Origin: Thermoanaerobaculia bacterium
Lineage (GTDB): Bacteria > Acidobacteriota > Thermoanaerobaculia > Gp7-AA8
Direction: 5' to 3'
Assembly: GCA_035569395.1 (NCBI GenBank)
Contig: DATMNC010000002.1
Location: 75,593-139,592, forward strand
Length of the DNA stretch: 64,000 nt
In this document: one piece after another, positions 16,186 through 27,726 of the stretch
Layout of the letters: every line of letters begins with the position of its first letter
How positions within the stretch are numbered: the stretch's first letter is position 1
The notes under the pieces: generated by a model
Database searches by the model: none
Seen by the model: the letters and a program-made list of their open reading frames with translations, nothing else
Told to the model about the DNA's origin: nothing
Translations under genes and position numbers: made by a program

Positions 16186-17778
16186 ATGCCCTTCTTCTGC
16201 ATCCACTGCAGGTCGGAAATCGATTCGAAATTCAAGGCGTGCCCGTATTGCGGGGAGCCGATCACCGATTTCCTCCGAAAACACCTCGAGCAGCCCCTCG
16301 ACGGGAAGTACAAGATCCTTTCGCGTCTCGGCATCGGGGGGATGGGGGAGGTCTACAAGGTCCTCCACCTCCATCTGAACGCGATCCGGGTGATCAAGCT
16401 GATGCGTACCAGCATCGCCGGTGAGGTGGGGGCGGATGACCGCTTCCTGCGCGAGGCGCGGCTGGCCACACGCATCAACCATCCCAACGTGGCCGCGCTC
16501 TACGACTTCTCCACCCTCGAAGACGGCTCGCGTTACATGGTGTGGGAGTACATCGAGGGGACGAACCTTCACGAGCTGATCGAGACGCATGGGCCGCTCT
16601 CGCCGAAGTACGCGGCGCGGCTGGCCATCGAGGCGCTGCACGGGCTCGAGGCCATCCATCGCGCCGGCATCGTCCATCGCGACATCTCCCCCGAGAACAT
16701 CATGATCGCCCGCGATGAGGAGGGGGAGCAGCATGTGAAGCTCATCGACCTCGGCATCGCCAAACAGGGGGATGGCACCGAGGGGAACAAGACCAAGACC
16801 GGGATGTTCGTCGGCAAGTGGAAGTACTGCTCGCCCGAGCACCTGGGCATGCTCGACGCCGGCGAGCGCATCGACGGCCGCGCCGACATCTACTCCTTCG
16901 GCATCGTCCTCTACGAGATGCTGACCGGCGTGCCGCCGTTCCAGGCGGAGACGCCGCACGCCTACCTGATGCTGCATTCGTCGGAGAAGCCGCGCCCTTT
17001 GCGCGAGGTGAATCCGTCGATGCCGGATTCGCCGGAGCTGGAGGCGCTGATCTTCAAGGCGCTGGAGAAGGACCGGAAGAAGCGTTTCGCCTCGGCGCGG
17101 GAGATGGCCCGCGCGCTGGAAGTGCTCGAACCGTCGCTGGACGATCGGATCGGGGCTCCGCCGCCGCTGCCGAAAGCGTACGAGGTGACCGAGGAGCCGA
17201 CGAAGCTGAGCACGCCGACGGTGCCGAGCAGCGGCGTGCCGTTGAAAACACCGGTTGTCGATCCGAACGCATCGACGGTGCTGACGGCGAATGGCGAGCC
17301 GATGGCGCGCGAGCTGCGCAAGGTGTCGACGACGGATGTCGTGCCGGTTCCGGGGCGGTGGCGCTCGGGGATGTGGATCGCCATCGTGCTGGCCCTCGTG
17401 GTCATCGCCGCGGCGGCGGTGATCATGCTACGGAAGCCGGAGCCGGGGGTGAAGAAGACGATCGCGCGGCCGGTTGCCGCGCCGGTGGTTCCGGCCGCCC
17501 AGGGGCGGGTGGCGCTGAACGCGTTTCCCTGGGGTGAGGTGACGAGCATCCGCAACGTCGCCAACGGCGCGACGGTCGATCTGAAGGCGCCGTTCGTCAC
17601 GCCGGCGCCGGTCGATCTGGCGCCGGGGACATACGAGATTACCCTGTCGAACCCGGCCTATCGTTCGTCCATCATCCGCAAGGTGGATGTGAAGGCGGGC
17701 GAGGAGCAGGTCGTCAACGTGCAGTTTGCCGATCCGGCGACGGCCACGCTTCCGCAACTCTCGGGAGGAGCGCCATGA
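16186..17778 (+). CDS. Serine/threonine protein kinase with N-terminal zinc ribbon, TM helix and C-terminal PEGA domain
   Basis: CIHCRSEIDSKFKACPYCG; LGIGGMGEVYKV; HRDISPENIMI; DLGIAK; SPEHL; hydrophobic WIAIVLALVVIAAAAVIM; PEGA-like PGTYEITLSNPAYRSSIIRKVDV. Confidence 0.85.
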   Translation: MPFFCIHCRSEIDSKFKACPYCGEPITDFLRKHLEQPLDGKYKILSRLGIGGMGEVYKVLHLHLNAIRVIKLMRTSIAGEVGADDRFLREARLATRINHPNVAALYDFSTLEDGSRYMVWEYIEGTNLHELIETHGPLSPKYAARLAIEALHGLEAIHRAGIVHRDISPENIMIARDEEGEQHVKLIDLGIAKQGDGTEGNKTKTGMFVGKWKYCSPEHLGMLDAGERIDGRADIYSFGIVLYEMLTGVPPFQAETPHAYLMLHSSEKPRPLREVNPSMPDSPELEALIFKALEKDRKKRFASAREMARALEVLEPSLDDRIGAPPPLPKAYEVTEEPTKLSTPTVPSSGVPLKTPVVDPNASTVLTANGEPMARELRKVSTTDVVPVPGRWRSGMWIAIVLALVVIAAAAVIMLRKPEPGVKKTIARPVAAPVVPAAQGRVALNAFPWGEVTSIRNVANGATVDLKAPFVTPAPVDLAPGTYEITLSNPAYRSSIIRKVDVKAGEEQVVNVQFADPATATLPQLSGGAP

Positions 17779-19121
17779 AGCGCGTGGCCATTGCCCTGCT
17801 GCTCGCGGTGGCTCTGCCGGCGGCGGCCGCGGAGAGGTGGGTGGAGGCGTACAACCGCGGCGTGACGCAGGTGCGGGCCTCGAACTTCCAGGCAGGCGCG
17901 CAGTTGCTGCAGCGCGCCATCGAGGAGATGCCGCAGGAGAATGCGGCGCAACGCGTGCGCGACCAGATCTTCACCTACACGCCCCATTTCTGGCTCGGCA
18001 TCGCCCGTTTGAACCTCGGCGATCCCGACGGGGCGTTGCACGAGTGGAAGGTTTCCGAGGAGCAAGGGGCGATTCAGAACACGCCGTATTTCGCGCAACT
18101 GCGCGATCTGATCGGGAGAGCGAACTCGGAGAAGCAGCGCCGCGCGGAAGCGGCGGCATCGCCGAGCAAGCAGGAGGCGAACAGCGCCATCGGCCGGGCG
18201 CTCTCGGCGCAGATGGATGCCGTGACCGCGGGCGGCGACCGCAGCGAGACCTATCACGCCGCGCAGCGGAGGCTGGCGGAAGCGAAGGACATCAATGCGA
18301 AGGCGGGCATCGATGTGCGCGTATACAAGCGATCGGCCGAGCTGGCTGAGGAAGCGCGCGATCTGTTCGCGAACGCCGCCGATGATGCCAAGAAGCAGCG
18401 GGCATCGCGGCCGGTGAGGCCGAATCCGTTGCCGCAGCGAAAGCCGGCGCCGGGAGAGGTGATCATCCCGTTCGACGACCTGCCGCAGCCGAAGCAGACC
18501 GTGCAACCGCAGCCTCCCCCGCCGGTTCCTGTTCCGGTGCCGGTCACGCAGACGGTTCCGCCGCCGCAGCCGAAGCCGGAGGTGAAGAAACCAGAGCCGC
18601 AGCCGGAGACCGAGAGCGAGGCGATGGTTGCCGCGCGCATGGCGGTGCAGCAGTACCGGCGGCGGCTGGTGACGTTGAATCTGTCGACATCCGAGGCGCA
18701 GCGTCTCGACGGAGAGCTGAAGCCGCAGAGCGATGCCAGGACGATCCAGCGGGTCCTCGATCAGGTTGCGGCGAAGGAGCGCGAGCTCGATGCCCGGAAG
18801 CCGGCCGAAGTCGTGACCGCCCCCGATCCGTCGCGCGAACAGTTGGAGTCGGCATACCGCGCCTTTGCCGCGGGCGATCTGGCGTCATCCGACCGCGCCC
18901 TCACGCAGCTCCTGTCGACGAAGGAGAGCGCGGAGGCGTACCTTCTTCGCGGCTGCTCCCGCTACACGCAGGCGATGCTCTCGCGGAACAGTGCCCCGCT
19001 CCTCGCCAGCGCGACCGCGGATATGACAACCGCACTGCGTTTGAATCCCTCACTGCACCTCGATCCGACGTCATGGTCACCGAAGCTCGTGGCGTTTTTC
19101 GAGAAGGTGAAGGGGCGGTAG
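17775..19121 (+). CDS. Secreted hypothetical protein with a Pro-rich linker, translationally coupled to the kinase
   Basis: ATGA overlap; signal peptide AIALLLAVALPAAAA; PQPPPPVPVPVPVTQTVPPPQPKPEVKKPEPQPE. Confidence 0.55.
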   Translation: MKRVAIALLLAVALPAAAAERWVEAYNRGVTQVRASNFQAGAQLLQRAIEEMPQENAAQRVRDQIFTYTPHFWLGIARLNLGDPDGALHEWKVSEEQGAIQNTPYFAQLRDLIGRANSEKQRRAEAAASPSKQEANSAIGRALSAQMDAVTAGGDRSETYHAAQRRLAEAKDINAKAGIDVRVYKRSAELAEEARDLFANAADDAKKQRASRPVRPNPLPQRKPAPGEVIIPFDDLPQPKQTVQPQPPPPVPVPVPVTQTVPPPQPKPEVKKPEPQPETESEAMVAARMAVQQYRRRLVTLNLSTSEAQRLDGELKPQSDARTIQRVLDQVAAKERELDARKPAEVVTAPDPSREQLESAYRAFAAGDLASSDRALTQLLSTKESAEAYLLRGCSRYTQAMLSRNSAPLLASATADMTTALRLNPSLHLDPTSWSPKLVAFFEKVKGR

Positions 19122-19123
19122 GC

Positions 19124-19470
19124 CTGCGGTTGCGCGGTTGCGCAGTCTCGGGGTTGGGGGCGCAAGGTTGCAATGTACGACGCCGCGATAGCGGCTCAAG
19201 AAGGTAGCCAGGGGTGCGAGCGTTTTTTGCGAGCACCCCTGGAACCCGGTGCGATCTGAAGTCGTGCCGCGTCAGCGGCACTGGACGAAGTCCGATTGCT
19301 CAAGTGCCGCTGACGCGGCACCAAACTATGCATCTCGTTACCAGGGGTGCTCGCAAAAAACGCTCGCACCCCTGGCTACCGTCTTGTCGCCGCTAACGCG
19401 GCAAGAATCCCCAGCAACCCAGCAACCACACACCGCGAGACCGCGCAACCCCGAGACCCCGCAACCCCGT
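19124..19470. repeat. ~350-bp composite of nested inverted repeats: outer GGTTGCGC/GGTCTCG arms enclosing two copies of the CCAGGGGTGC...GCACCCCTGG hairpin and a GCCGCGTCAGCGGCAC palindrome
   Basis: Read directly; fills the space between two convergent gene ends; six-frame ORFs 19214..19396 and 19249..19533 are artefacts. Confidence 0.65.
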
Positions 19471-21329
19471 CACCCCAGCAGCTTCTCCAGCTCCGCAAGC
19501 AGCGCATCCGACTCGTACGGTTTCTGGAGGTAGCCGACGTGTTTTCCGACGACGTGATTCTTCAGAAGGTTCTCGTCGCCGTGGCCCGTGGAGAAGAGGA
19601 CGGGGAGGTTGGGCCAGCGGGAGGCAACCTCGTCGTATAACGTGAGGCCGTCGACGTCGGGCAGGCCGAGGTCGAAGATCACGGCGTCTGGCATTCGGGC
19701 GGCAATCCTGGCGACGGCCTCGGCACCGAGGCGAACCCAGTCGACGGAGATTTCCTCGTAATCGAGGAGCGCGGCCAGGCCGGTTCCGACGGAATCGTCG
19801 TCCTCGATCATCATCACGTGTGTTCCGGCCGGGAGCGTGTGGCCGGGTTGCCGCTCCTCCGGTTGCCGGGGGGGCGTGACCGCGGCCGGCTCGGCAGCGG
19901 GAAGGATGACGTGGAATGTGGTCCCCTCGCCCAGGATGCTCTCCGCGAAGATATGTCCCTCGTGCTGCTGCACGACCTGCGACGCCACGGCCAGACCGAT
20001 GCCAGTTCCTCCGAACTTCTTGGTCGTGAAGAGAGGCTCAAAAATATAGCGCAGCGTGTCTTGCGGCATTCCGATGCCGGTATCAGCGATCGTGAAATGC
20101 ACGGCATCGATGGGACGATCATTGCCGTTGCGCAGGGTATCGGCCACGGCGCGAACCTCCAGCCGGCCGCCGTTCGGCATGGCGTGATGGGCGTTGACGA
20201 CCATGTTCGCAAAGACCTGCCGGAGCTGATGGGCGTCGGCGAGCATGGTCAGCGACGGGTCGGCGTCGACGGTTACGGTAACGGCCGTACCGGCGAGCTG
20301 CTCCAGCTCCGACTGGAATGCCAGCAGCCATTCAGCGACGTTCACGGCCACGCGTGACGGTTCGGCGATGCGCGTGAAGCGTAGGATCTCCTGCGTGATC
20401 CGTTTGCCGCGCGCCACGGCGTCGGCGATGCGCGGGGCGGCCATTTTCACCGTCGGCTCCGATCCGGCTTTTCTGGTCAGGAGGTCGATGAAGGGCTGGA
20501 TTCCCATCAACACGTTGTTGAATTCGTGGGCGACCGATGCGGCCAGGCGTCCCAGGCTGGAAACGCGCTCAGCCTGCAGGAGCCTGTTCTCGAGCCGCCG
20601 CCGCTCGGTTACGTCCTGGACGACGCCGACGATCCGTATTGCGTTTCCGCGCTGATCGAGAACGCGTTGACCGCGCAGATGAAGGATCCGCTCGTTGCCG
20701 CCCGGCGTGCGGAAACGGTGCTCGACATCGAGCGGCAGATCTTCCGCCCGTGCTGTTTCGCAGGCGGCGGCAAAGCGATCCCGGTCGTCGGGGTGGACGT
20801 ACTTCGTCAGCAGCTCCGAGAGCGTAAGGCCACCGACCGGGTCGAGGTCGAGGATCTCCAGCAACTCCGCGGACCCCTCGATGGCGTCGCTGGGGATGTG
20901 CCAGCCCCAACTGGCGATGCGCGCCGTCTGCTGCGCCTGGCGAAGCTGCGCCTCGCGCTGCCGCAGCCGTTCGCTCTCGCCCACCGGGGGCTCAAAACCG
21001 TCGAGCGGCGTTCCGACGATCACGAATCCGGAAACCGCGGTGTTCTGACGTATGGGAGCCGCGGTCAGAAAGACCAGTCCGCCGTGGTGATCCACACGGC
21101 GTGCGCCCGACCACGAGCGCCCGGCGCGCAACTCTTCGAACAGCCGCGACGGCTCGGCGAGAGGGTCGTCCTTTGGCACAACCTCGCCCAGCGGCCGGCC
21201 GATAACCACGGAGGCATTCTTTCCGTACAACTCCTGAGCGCCGTGATTCCAGGACACGATCTTCCCCTCCAGGTCGGTTGCGATGACCGCCTGGGAGATG
21301 GAGTCAATCAAAGTCTCAGCGCCGAACAT
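19470..21329 (-). CDS. Hybrid sensor histidine kinase: PAS sensor domains, HisKA, HATPase and a C-terminal receiver
   Basis: H-box SVAHEFNNVLMGIQ; ATPase G-boxes (DTGIGM, GGTGIGL); C-terminal HVMMIEDDDSVGTGLAALL...PVLFSTGHGDE; start set at MFGAETLIDS. Confidence 0.8.
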   Translation of the reverse strand: MFGAETLIDSISQAVIATDLEGKIVSWNHGAQELYGKNASVVIGRPLGEVVPKDDPLAEPSRLFEELRAGRSWSGARRVDHHGGLVFLTAAPIRQNTAVSGFVIVGTPLDGFEPPVGESERLRQREAQLRQAQQTARIASWGWHIPSDAIEGSAELLEILDLDPVGGLTLSELLTKYVHPDDRDRFAAACETARAEDLPLDVEHRFRTPGGNERILHLRGQRVLDQRGNAIRIVGVVQDVTERRRLENRLLQAERVSSLGRLAASVAHEFNNVLMGIQPFIDLLTRKAGSEPTVKMAAPRIADAVARGKRITQEILRFTRIAEPSRVAVNVAEWLLAFQSELEQLAGTAVTVTVDADPSLTMLADAHQLRQVFANMVVNAHHAMPNGGRLEVRAVADTLRNGNDRPIDAVHFTIADTGIGMPQDTLRYIFEPLFTTKKFGGTGIGLAVASQVVQQHEGHIFAESILGEGTTFHVILPAAEPAAVTPPRQPEERQPGHTLPAGTHVMMIEDDDSVGTGLAALLDYEEISVDWVRLGAEAVARIAARMPDAVIFDLGLPDVDGLTLYDEVASRWPNLPVLFSTGHGDENLLKNHVVGKHVGYLQKPYESDALLAELEKLLG

Positions 21330-22206
21330 CAGACCTGCGCGGTTGCTGCCGGAAGAACCGCGAACCGAATTGTATTGTCTGGAAGAGTTGCAGCATATAC
21401 TTACAGCCGTAGTGAAGCAAGAACGCGTACTCATCGTCGAAGACGATCGCGCCGCCGAGTTGATCCTGCGAATCCCGCTGGAACGGGAAGGGTTCGTGGT
21501 CGACTTCGTCGAAGAAGGCTATGCGGCCATCGAGAAGTTGCGCTCGCATGAGTACTCCGCGGCCATCCTCGATCTCATCATCCATCACGGGCTGAACGGA
21601 TTCGGTGTCCTCAATTTCATCGAGATGGAGCAGCCGGAGCTGCTGGACCGCGTCTTTCTCATGACCGGGATGTCGGAGCAGACGGTGATGAACACCGCCC
21701 CGCAACTGGTGTCGCGCCTGTTCCGGAAACCGTTCAGCTACCGCAAGCTCGTCCTGGCCGTCGTTGCGGCGGTGCGGCCGGACAACGGTCTGGATGAGGC
21801 CATGCAGAGGCGGCTGCTGATCGTCGACGATGACCGGATGTCCGCCGAGCTGGTGGCCGCGCTCGGCCGTCGTCTGGAAATGCAGGTCGAGCTCGCGGAG
21901 AACGGGCGCGAGGCCATCGAGAAGCTTGCCACCACGCGTTTCGACGCCATCGTCCTCGATCTGCTGATGCCCGGCATCGACGGCTTCGGCGTGCTCGAGT
22001 ATCTCGATCGCTGCCAGCCTGAGGTGTTGTCTCATACGATCATTTCCAGTGGGTTGCCACAGAAGTACCAGGAGCGGGTGGCGGAATACGGCATCTACGG
22101 CGTCCTGCCAAAGCCGGTCAATCATGAGGCACTGCTGGCGATGATCGTGCGTTGCATCCAGCAGCAGAGCGCCGAGGTCGATCCCAGGCGCGCGAACGGG
22201 TCGTGA
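21283..22206 (+). CDS. Response regulator with two tandem receiver (REC) domains and no output domain
   Basis: ERVLIVEDDRAAELI...ILDL and RRLLIVDDDRMSAELV...IVLDLLMPGIDG; start uncertain (GTG 21412 avoids the 5' overlap with the divergent kinase). Confidence 0.7.
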   Translation: MTAWEMESIKVSAPNIRPARLLPEEPRTELYCLEELQHILTAVVKQERVLIVEDDRAAELILRIPLEREGFVVDFVEEGYAAIEKLRSHEYSAAILDLIIHHGLNGFGVLNFIEMEQPELLDRVFLMTGMSEQTVMNTAPQLVSRLFRKPFSYRKLVLAVVAAVRPDNGLDEAMQRRLLIVDDDRMSAELVAALGRRLEMQVELAENGREAIEKLATTRFDAIVLDLLMPGIDGFGVLEYLDRCQPEVLSHTIISSGLPQKYQERVAEYGIYGVLPKPVNHEALLAMIVRCIQQQSAEVDPRRANGS

Positions 22207-22214
22207 ATCCGCGG

Positions 22215-22378
22215 CTTCGCCGCGTTGTCGGTTGTCGGTTGGTTGCGCTGCGGCGCGGGGCACAGACAAGAGTGTCTGTGTCACATTGGTTCTCTACTTA
22301 ATCCACGATCCACTAGTCGACTATCCACAGGATAGGTGGATCAGGACCGCACTGCGTCCTGATCCACTGATCACCGGA

Positions 22379-22385
<7 letters not shown>
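22215..22385. repeat. Composite hairpin region: GTTGTCGGTTGTCGG arm, CACAGACAAGAGTGTCTGTG core (22261-22280), then ATCCAC...GTGGAT and CAGGAC...GTCCTG hairpins
   Basis: Read directly. Confidence 0.6.
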
Positions 22386-24901
<2,516 letters not shown>

Positions 24902-25032
24902 AGGGTCCTCCAAAGATTTGTATGCGGTGAGTTCCGCGAACCCGGGGGTTCGGGTAAGGGCGCGGATTGTAACAGACGGAGGTGATGGGGGTGGGGGCAA
25001 CGGAGCGCCGGCGTCCCGCCGCCGAGGCGCCA

Positions 25033-25090
25033 CAGAAACCAGAAACCAGAAATGGCGGCTGAGCGGAGCATTTCTGGTTTCTGGTTTCCA
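25033..25090. repeat. Hairpin of tandem CCAGAAA heptamers (CAGAAACCAGAAACCAGAAATG ... CATTTCTGGTTTCTGGTTTC)
   Basis: Perfect 20-22-bp arms around a 14-nt loop; upstream of hppA. Confidence 0.75.
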
Positions 25091-25148
25091 GCGGAAATGG
25101 TGGAGTCTCGCGGTTTCTGGGGGGAGGCGTGTGGGAGAATCAGGAGTC

Positions 25149-25319
25149 ATGAGCGCAGACCCTCTCGACAGTCTCGACGACCTCTCGGAGGAAGAGAGCG
25201 ATCGGCTCTGGGCGGAAGAGGCGGAGCGTAGGTTCGCGGACTATAAGGCGGGCAATGTCGAGGCGATACCTGCGGATGAGGTTTTCGCACACCTGAGAGC
25301 TCGTCTCCGGGCTAGATAA
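25149..25319 (+). CDS. Putative addiction-module antitoxin-like small protein (orphan)
   Basis: 56 aa MSADPLDSLDDLSEEESDRLWAEEAERRFADYKAGNVEAIPADEVFAHLRARL resembles the putative addiction module component family; no toxin ORF follows. Confidence 0.5.
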   Translation: MSADPLDSLDDLSEEESDRLWAEEAERRFADYKAGNVEAIPADEVFAHLRARLRAR

Positions 25320-25442
25320 GTCGAGGCGGCCGAACAAATGTCAAGCCGAGGAGCGGCGATATCTACGTAGCCCGCGGCGTGAACGGGCTGTTGAATAAGT
25401 AACACTGGGGAGCGCTAAGTGCTGCCGGTGTAGGATGCCCCG

Positions 25443-26543
25443 ATGCCCGGCGAGCGATCGCTGTCCGACGTTCTGCGCAACTCGCTGAATTATAGTGACT
25501 TGCCGTTTCGAGACTTCGTCGAGCTCGCTCTCTACCACCCCGAGTTCGGCTACTACGCGCGGCCGGAATCGCCGGTCGGACGGGAAGGGGACTTCATCAC
25601 GTCCCCTCTGCTCAGCCCGGTGTTTTCGTTCGCTCTCGGCAAGCTCGTCGATGAATTCATGAGCCGCGCTGGCGACGCCGTGTCGCAGGTCGTGGACATC
25701 GGATGCGGAGATGGCACGCTAATCGGTGCCTTGGCCCAGGGGGCCGGGGGGCGGTGCGATTTCTTCGGTGTCGACCGCAACCTCGGCCGCGCCCAACCGC
25801 ATCCGGGCGTCACCTACGCCATCTCTCTCAGCGATATCCCTCCAGCCGAGGCCCGCCTCATCATTAATAATGAGCTGTTCGATGCGTTGCCCTTCGCCCG
25901 GCTGGTTCAGCGGGGGGAGGAGCTGCACGAACTGTGGGTGACGGAGCGGGACGGTGCTCTCGACTGGACCGAGCATGAGGCGGATGCGCGGTATGACGAA
26001 TACTTCGCGGAGCGCGGCATCGAGCTGGACGATGGTCAGTTTGCCGATGTCTCGCTCGAATGGCCAGCGCTTTACGACGACCTTTGCCGCTTCGTGCAGC
26101 GGGGGCTGATCGTCACCTTTGACTATGGGCTGCCGCAGACGAAGCTCTTTCGCGGGCGGATGCGGCGTTTCGGAACGGCGGCGGCGTATTCGCGGCACCG
26201 CGTCAGCCGCGACCTTCTCGTCAATCCCGGCGAACAGGATCTGACGGCGCACATCAACTTCGACGATCTCCGGCTTACCGGCGAGAGGCAGGGATTCGCC
26301 ACGCGTTTCTTCGATATCCAGGCGAAGTTCCTCCTGGCGCTCGGCGCGGCGGAGCACGAGTTGCTGAAACCGGTCGGAGAGGTTACCGTCGACAACGCGG
26401 AGGACGGCGTGGCGTTGCTCGAAGCCCGCGACGATGCCCGGAGGCTCATCCTTCCGGATGGGATCGGAGCCGACATCCGCGTGCTCGCGCAGGAGCGGGG
26501 GATGGGGCGCGAGGAGTGGGTTTTTCAAACGAAACTGTTCTGA
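25443..26543 (+). CDS. MidA/NDUFAF7-like class I SAM-dependent methyltransferase (DUF185)
   Basis: [47 protein letters not shown]; immediately upstream of the nuo operon. Confidence 0.7.
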   Translation: MPGERSLSDVLRNSLNYSDLPFRDFVELALYHPEFGYYARPESPVGREGDFITSPLLSPVFSFALGKLVDEFMSRAGDAVSQVVDIGCGDGTLIGALAQGAGGRCDFFGVDRNLGRAQPHPGVTYAISLSDIPPAEARLIINNELFDALPFARLVQRGEELHELWVTERDGALDWTEHEADARYDEYFAERGIELDDGQFADVSLEWPALYDDLCRFVQRGLIVTFDYGLPQTKLFRGRMRRFGTAAAYSRHRVSRDLLVNPGEQDLTAHINFDDLRLTGERQGFATRFFDIQAKFLLALGAAEHELLKPVGEVTVDNAEDGVALLEARDDARRLILPDGIGADIRVLAQERGMGREEWVFQTKLF

Positions 26544-26566
26544 CTCGCGGGCACCTCAACGAATGG

Positions 26567-26594
26567 TTGACTCCTGTCAGTCGGCGTTTACAAT
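26567..26594 (+). promoter_or_regulatory. Sigma70-like promoter candidate for the nuo operon (TTGACT-N16-TACAAT)
   Basis: TTGACT at 26567-26572, TACAAT at 26589-26594, 27 bp upstream of the nuoA ATG. Confidence 0.4.
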
Positions 26595-26621
26595 ACCGGC
26601 GGTCTTTCGGACGGGCGAAAA

Positions 26622-26981
26622 ATGGCGAACTATTCAGTGCTCCTGGTGGCCGCGGCCATCGTTATCTCTCTCCCCGTACTGACGTTGTTCATCATTACCC
26701 CGCTCGTCCGCGCCTCACGGGGTGGCAAGGTCAAGCTGGAGCCGTACGAGTGCGGCATTCCGGCCAGCTCGCTGGCCATCGATCACCGGTTTTCGGTCCG
26801 CTACTTTCTGATCGCCGTCCTCTTCATCGTCTTCGACGTCGAGACGGTCTTCCTCTTCCCCTGGGCGATCCGCTTCAAACAGCTCGGCTGGTTTGGCGCG
26901 GTCGAGATGGGGGTCTTCCTGGCGATCCTGCTCGTCGGGTATGTGTACGCGTGGAAGAGGAAGGTTCTTTCATGGGTCTGA
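26622..26981 (+). CDS. nuoA: NADH-quinone oxidoreductase subunit A
   Basis: 119 aa, 3 TM helices, KLEPYECG and [12 protein letters not shown] motifs. Confidence 0.9.
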   Translation: MANYSVLLVAAAIVISLPVLTLFIITPLVRASRGGKVKLEPYECGIPASSLAIDHRFSVRYFLIAVLFIVFDVETVFLFPWAIRFKQLGWFGAVEMGVFLAILLVGYVYAWKRKVLSWV

Positions 26982-27694
26982 TCGAAAACCGCTTCGATCC
27001 AAACGTCCTCACCACTTCCGTCGACAAGTTTTTCAACTGGGCACGTAAGTCGTCCCTCTGGCCGATGCAGTTCGGGCTGGCTTGTTGCGCCATCGAGATG
27101 ATGGCCGTTCTCGACCCGCGTCACGACATGGCCCGCTTCGGCGCCGAGGTCTTTCGCGCCACGCCGCGGCAGTCCGACTTGATGATCGTCTCCGGCACAG
27201 TGACGGAAAAGATGGCGCCGATCGTCCGCCGGCTGTGGGACCAGATGCCCGATCCGAAGTGGGTCATCGCCATGGGCTCCTGCGCGACGTGCGGCGGTCC
27301 GTATGACACCTACGCCGTGACGCAGGGGGTCGACCGGCTGATCCCGGTCGATGTCTACATCCCCGGCTGCCCGCCGCGCCCCGAGGCGTTGATCTGGGGA
27401 CTGATGGAGCTGCAGAAGAAGATCGAGAAGATGCACGTCATCCGCAAGGGAGGGGAGTCGTACGACTTTGCCCGTGCGGCCGTGCGCGATTCGCTCCGGC
27501 CGGTGCATGAAGGACCGGCGCTTCGCGCGGAGCAGGCCAAGGCGCAGCTCAAGCAGGCTCCGATCTCGGGCATCAAGCGGACACCGATCGTCGAAGAGAA
27601 GAAGGCGAAGCCGGCGCCCGTTGCTGCCGCGGCCGTGCCGGTTGCCGAGGCAGTCGCCCCCGAAACGCCCGAAACAGAGGAAGAGATCAACTAG
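26972..27694 (+). CDS. nuoB: NADH-quinone oxidoreductase subunit B with a Lys/Ala/Pro-rich C-terminal tail
   Basis: [38 protein letters not shown]; ATG at 26972 preceded by GGAAGAGGAAGG; about 55-aa low-complexity tail. Confidence 0.9.
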   Translation: MGLIENRFDPNVLTTSVDKFFNWARKSSLWPMQFGLACCAIEMMAVLDPRHDMARFGAEVFRATPRQSDLMIVSGTVTEKMAPIVRRLWDQMPDPKWVIAMGSCATCGGPYDTYAVTQGVDRLIPVDVYIPGCPPRPEALIWGLMELQKKIEKMHVIRKGGESYDFARAAVRDSLRPVHEGPALRAEQAKAQLKQAPISGIKRTPIVEEKKAKPAPVAAAAVPVAEAVAPETPETEEEIN

Positions 27695-27726
27695 CTGGCC
27701 GCTGACCTCGGCCACCGACCATCACC

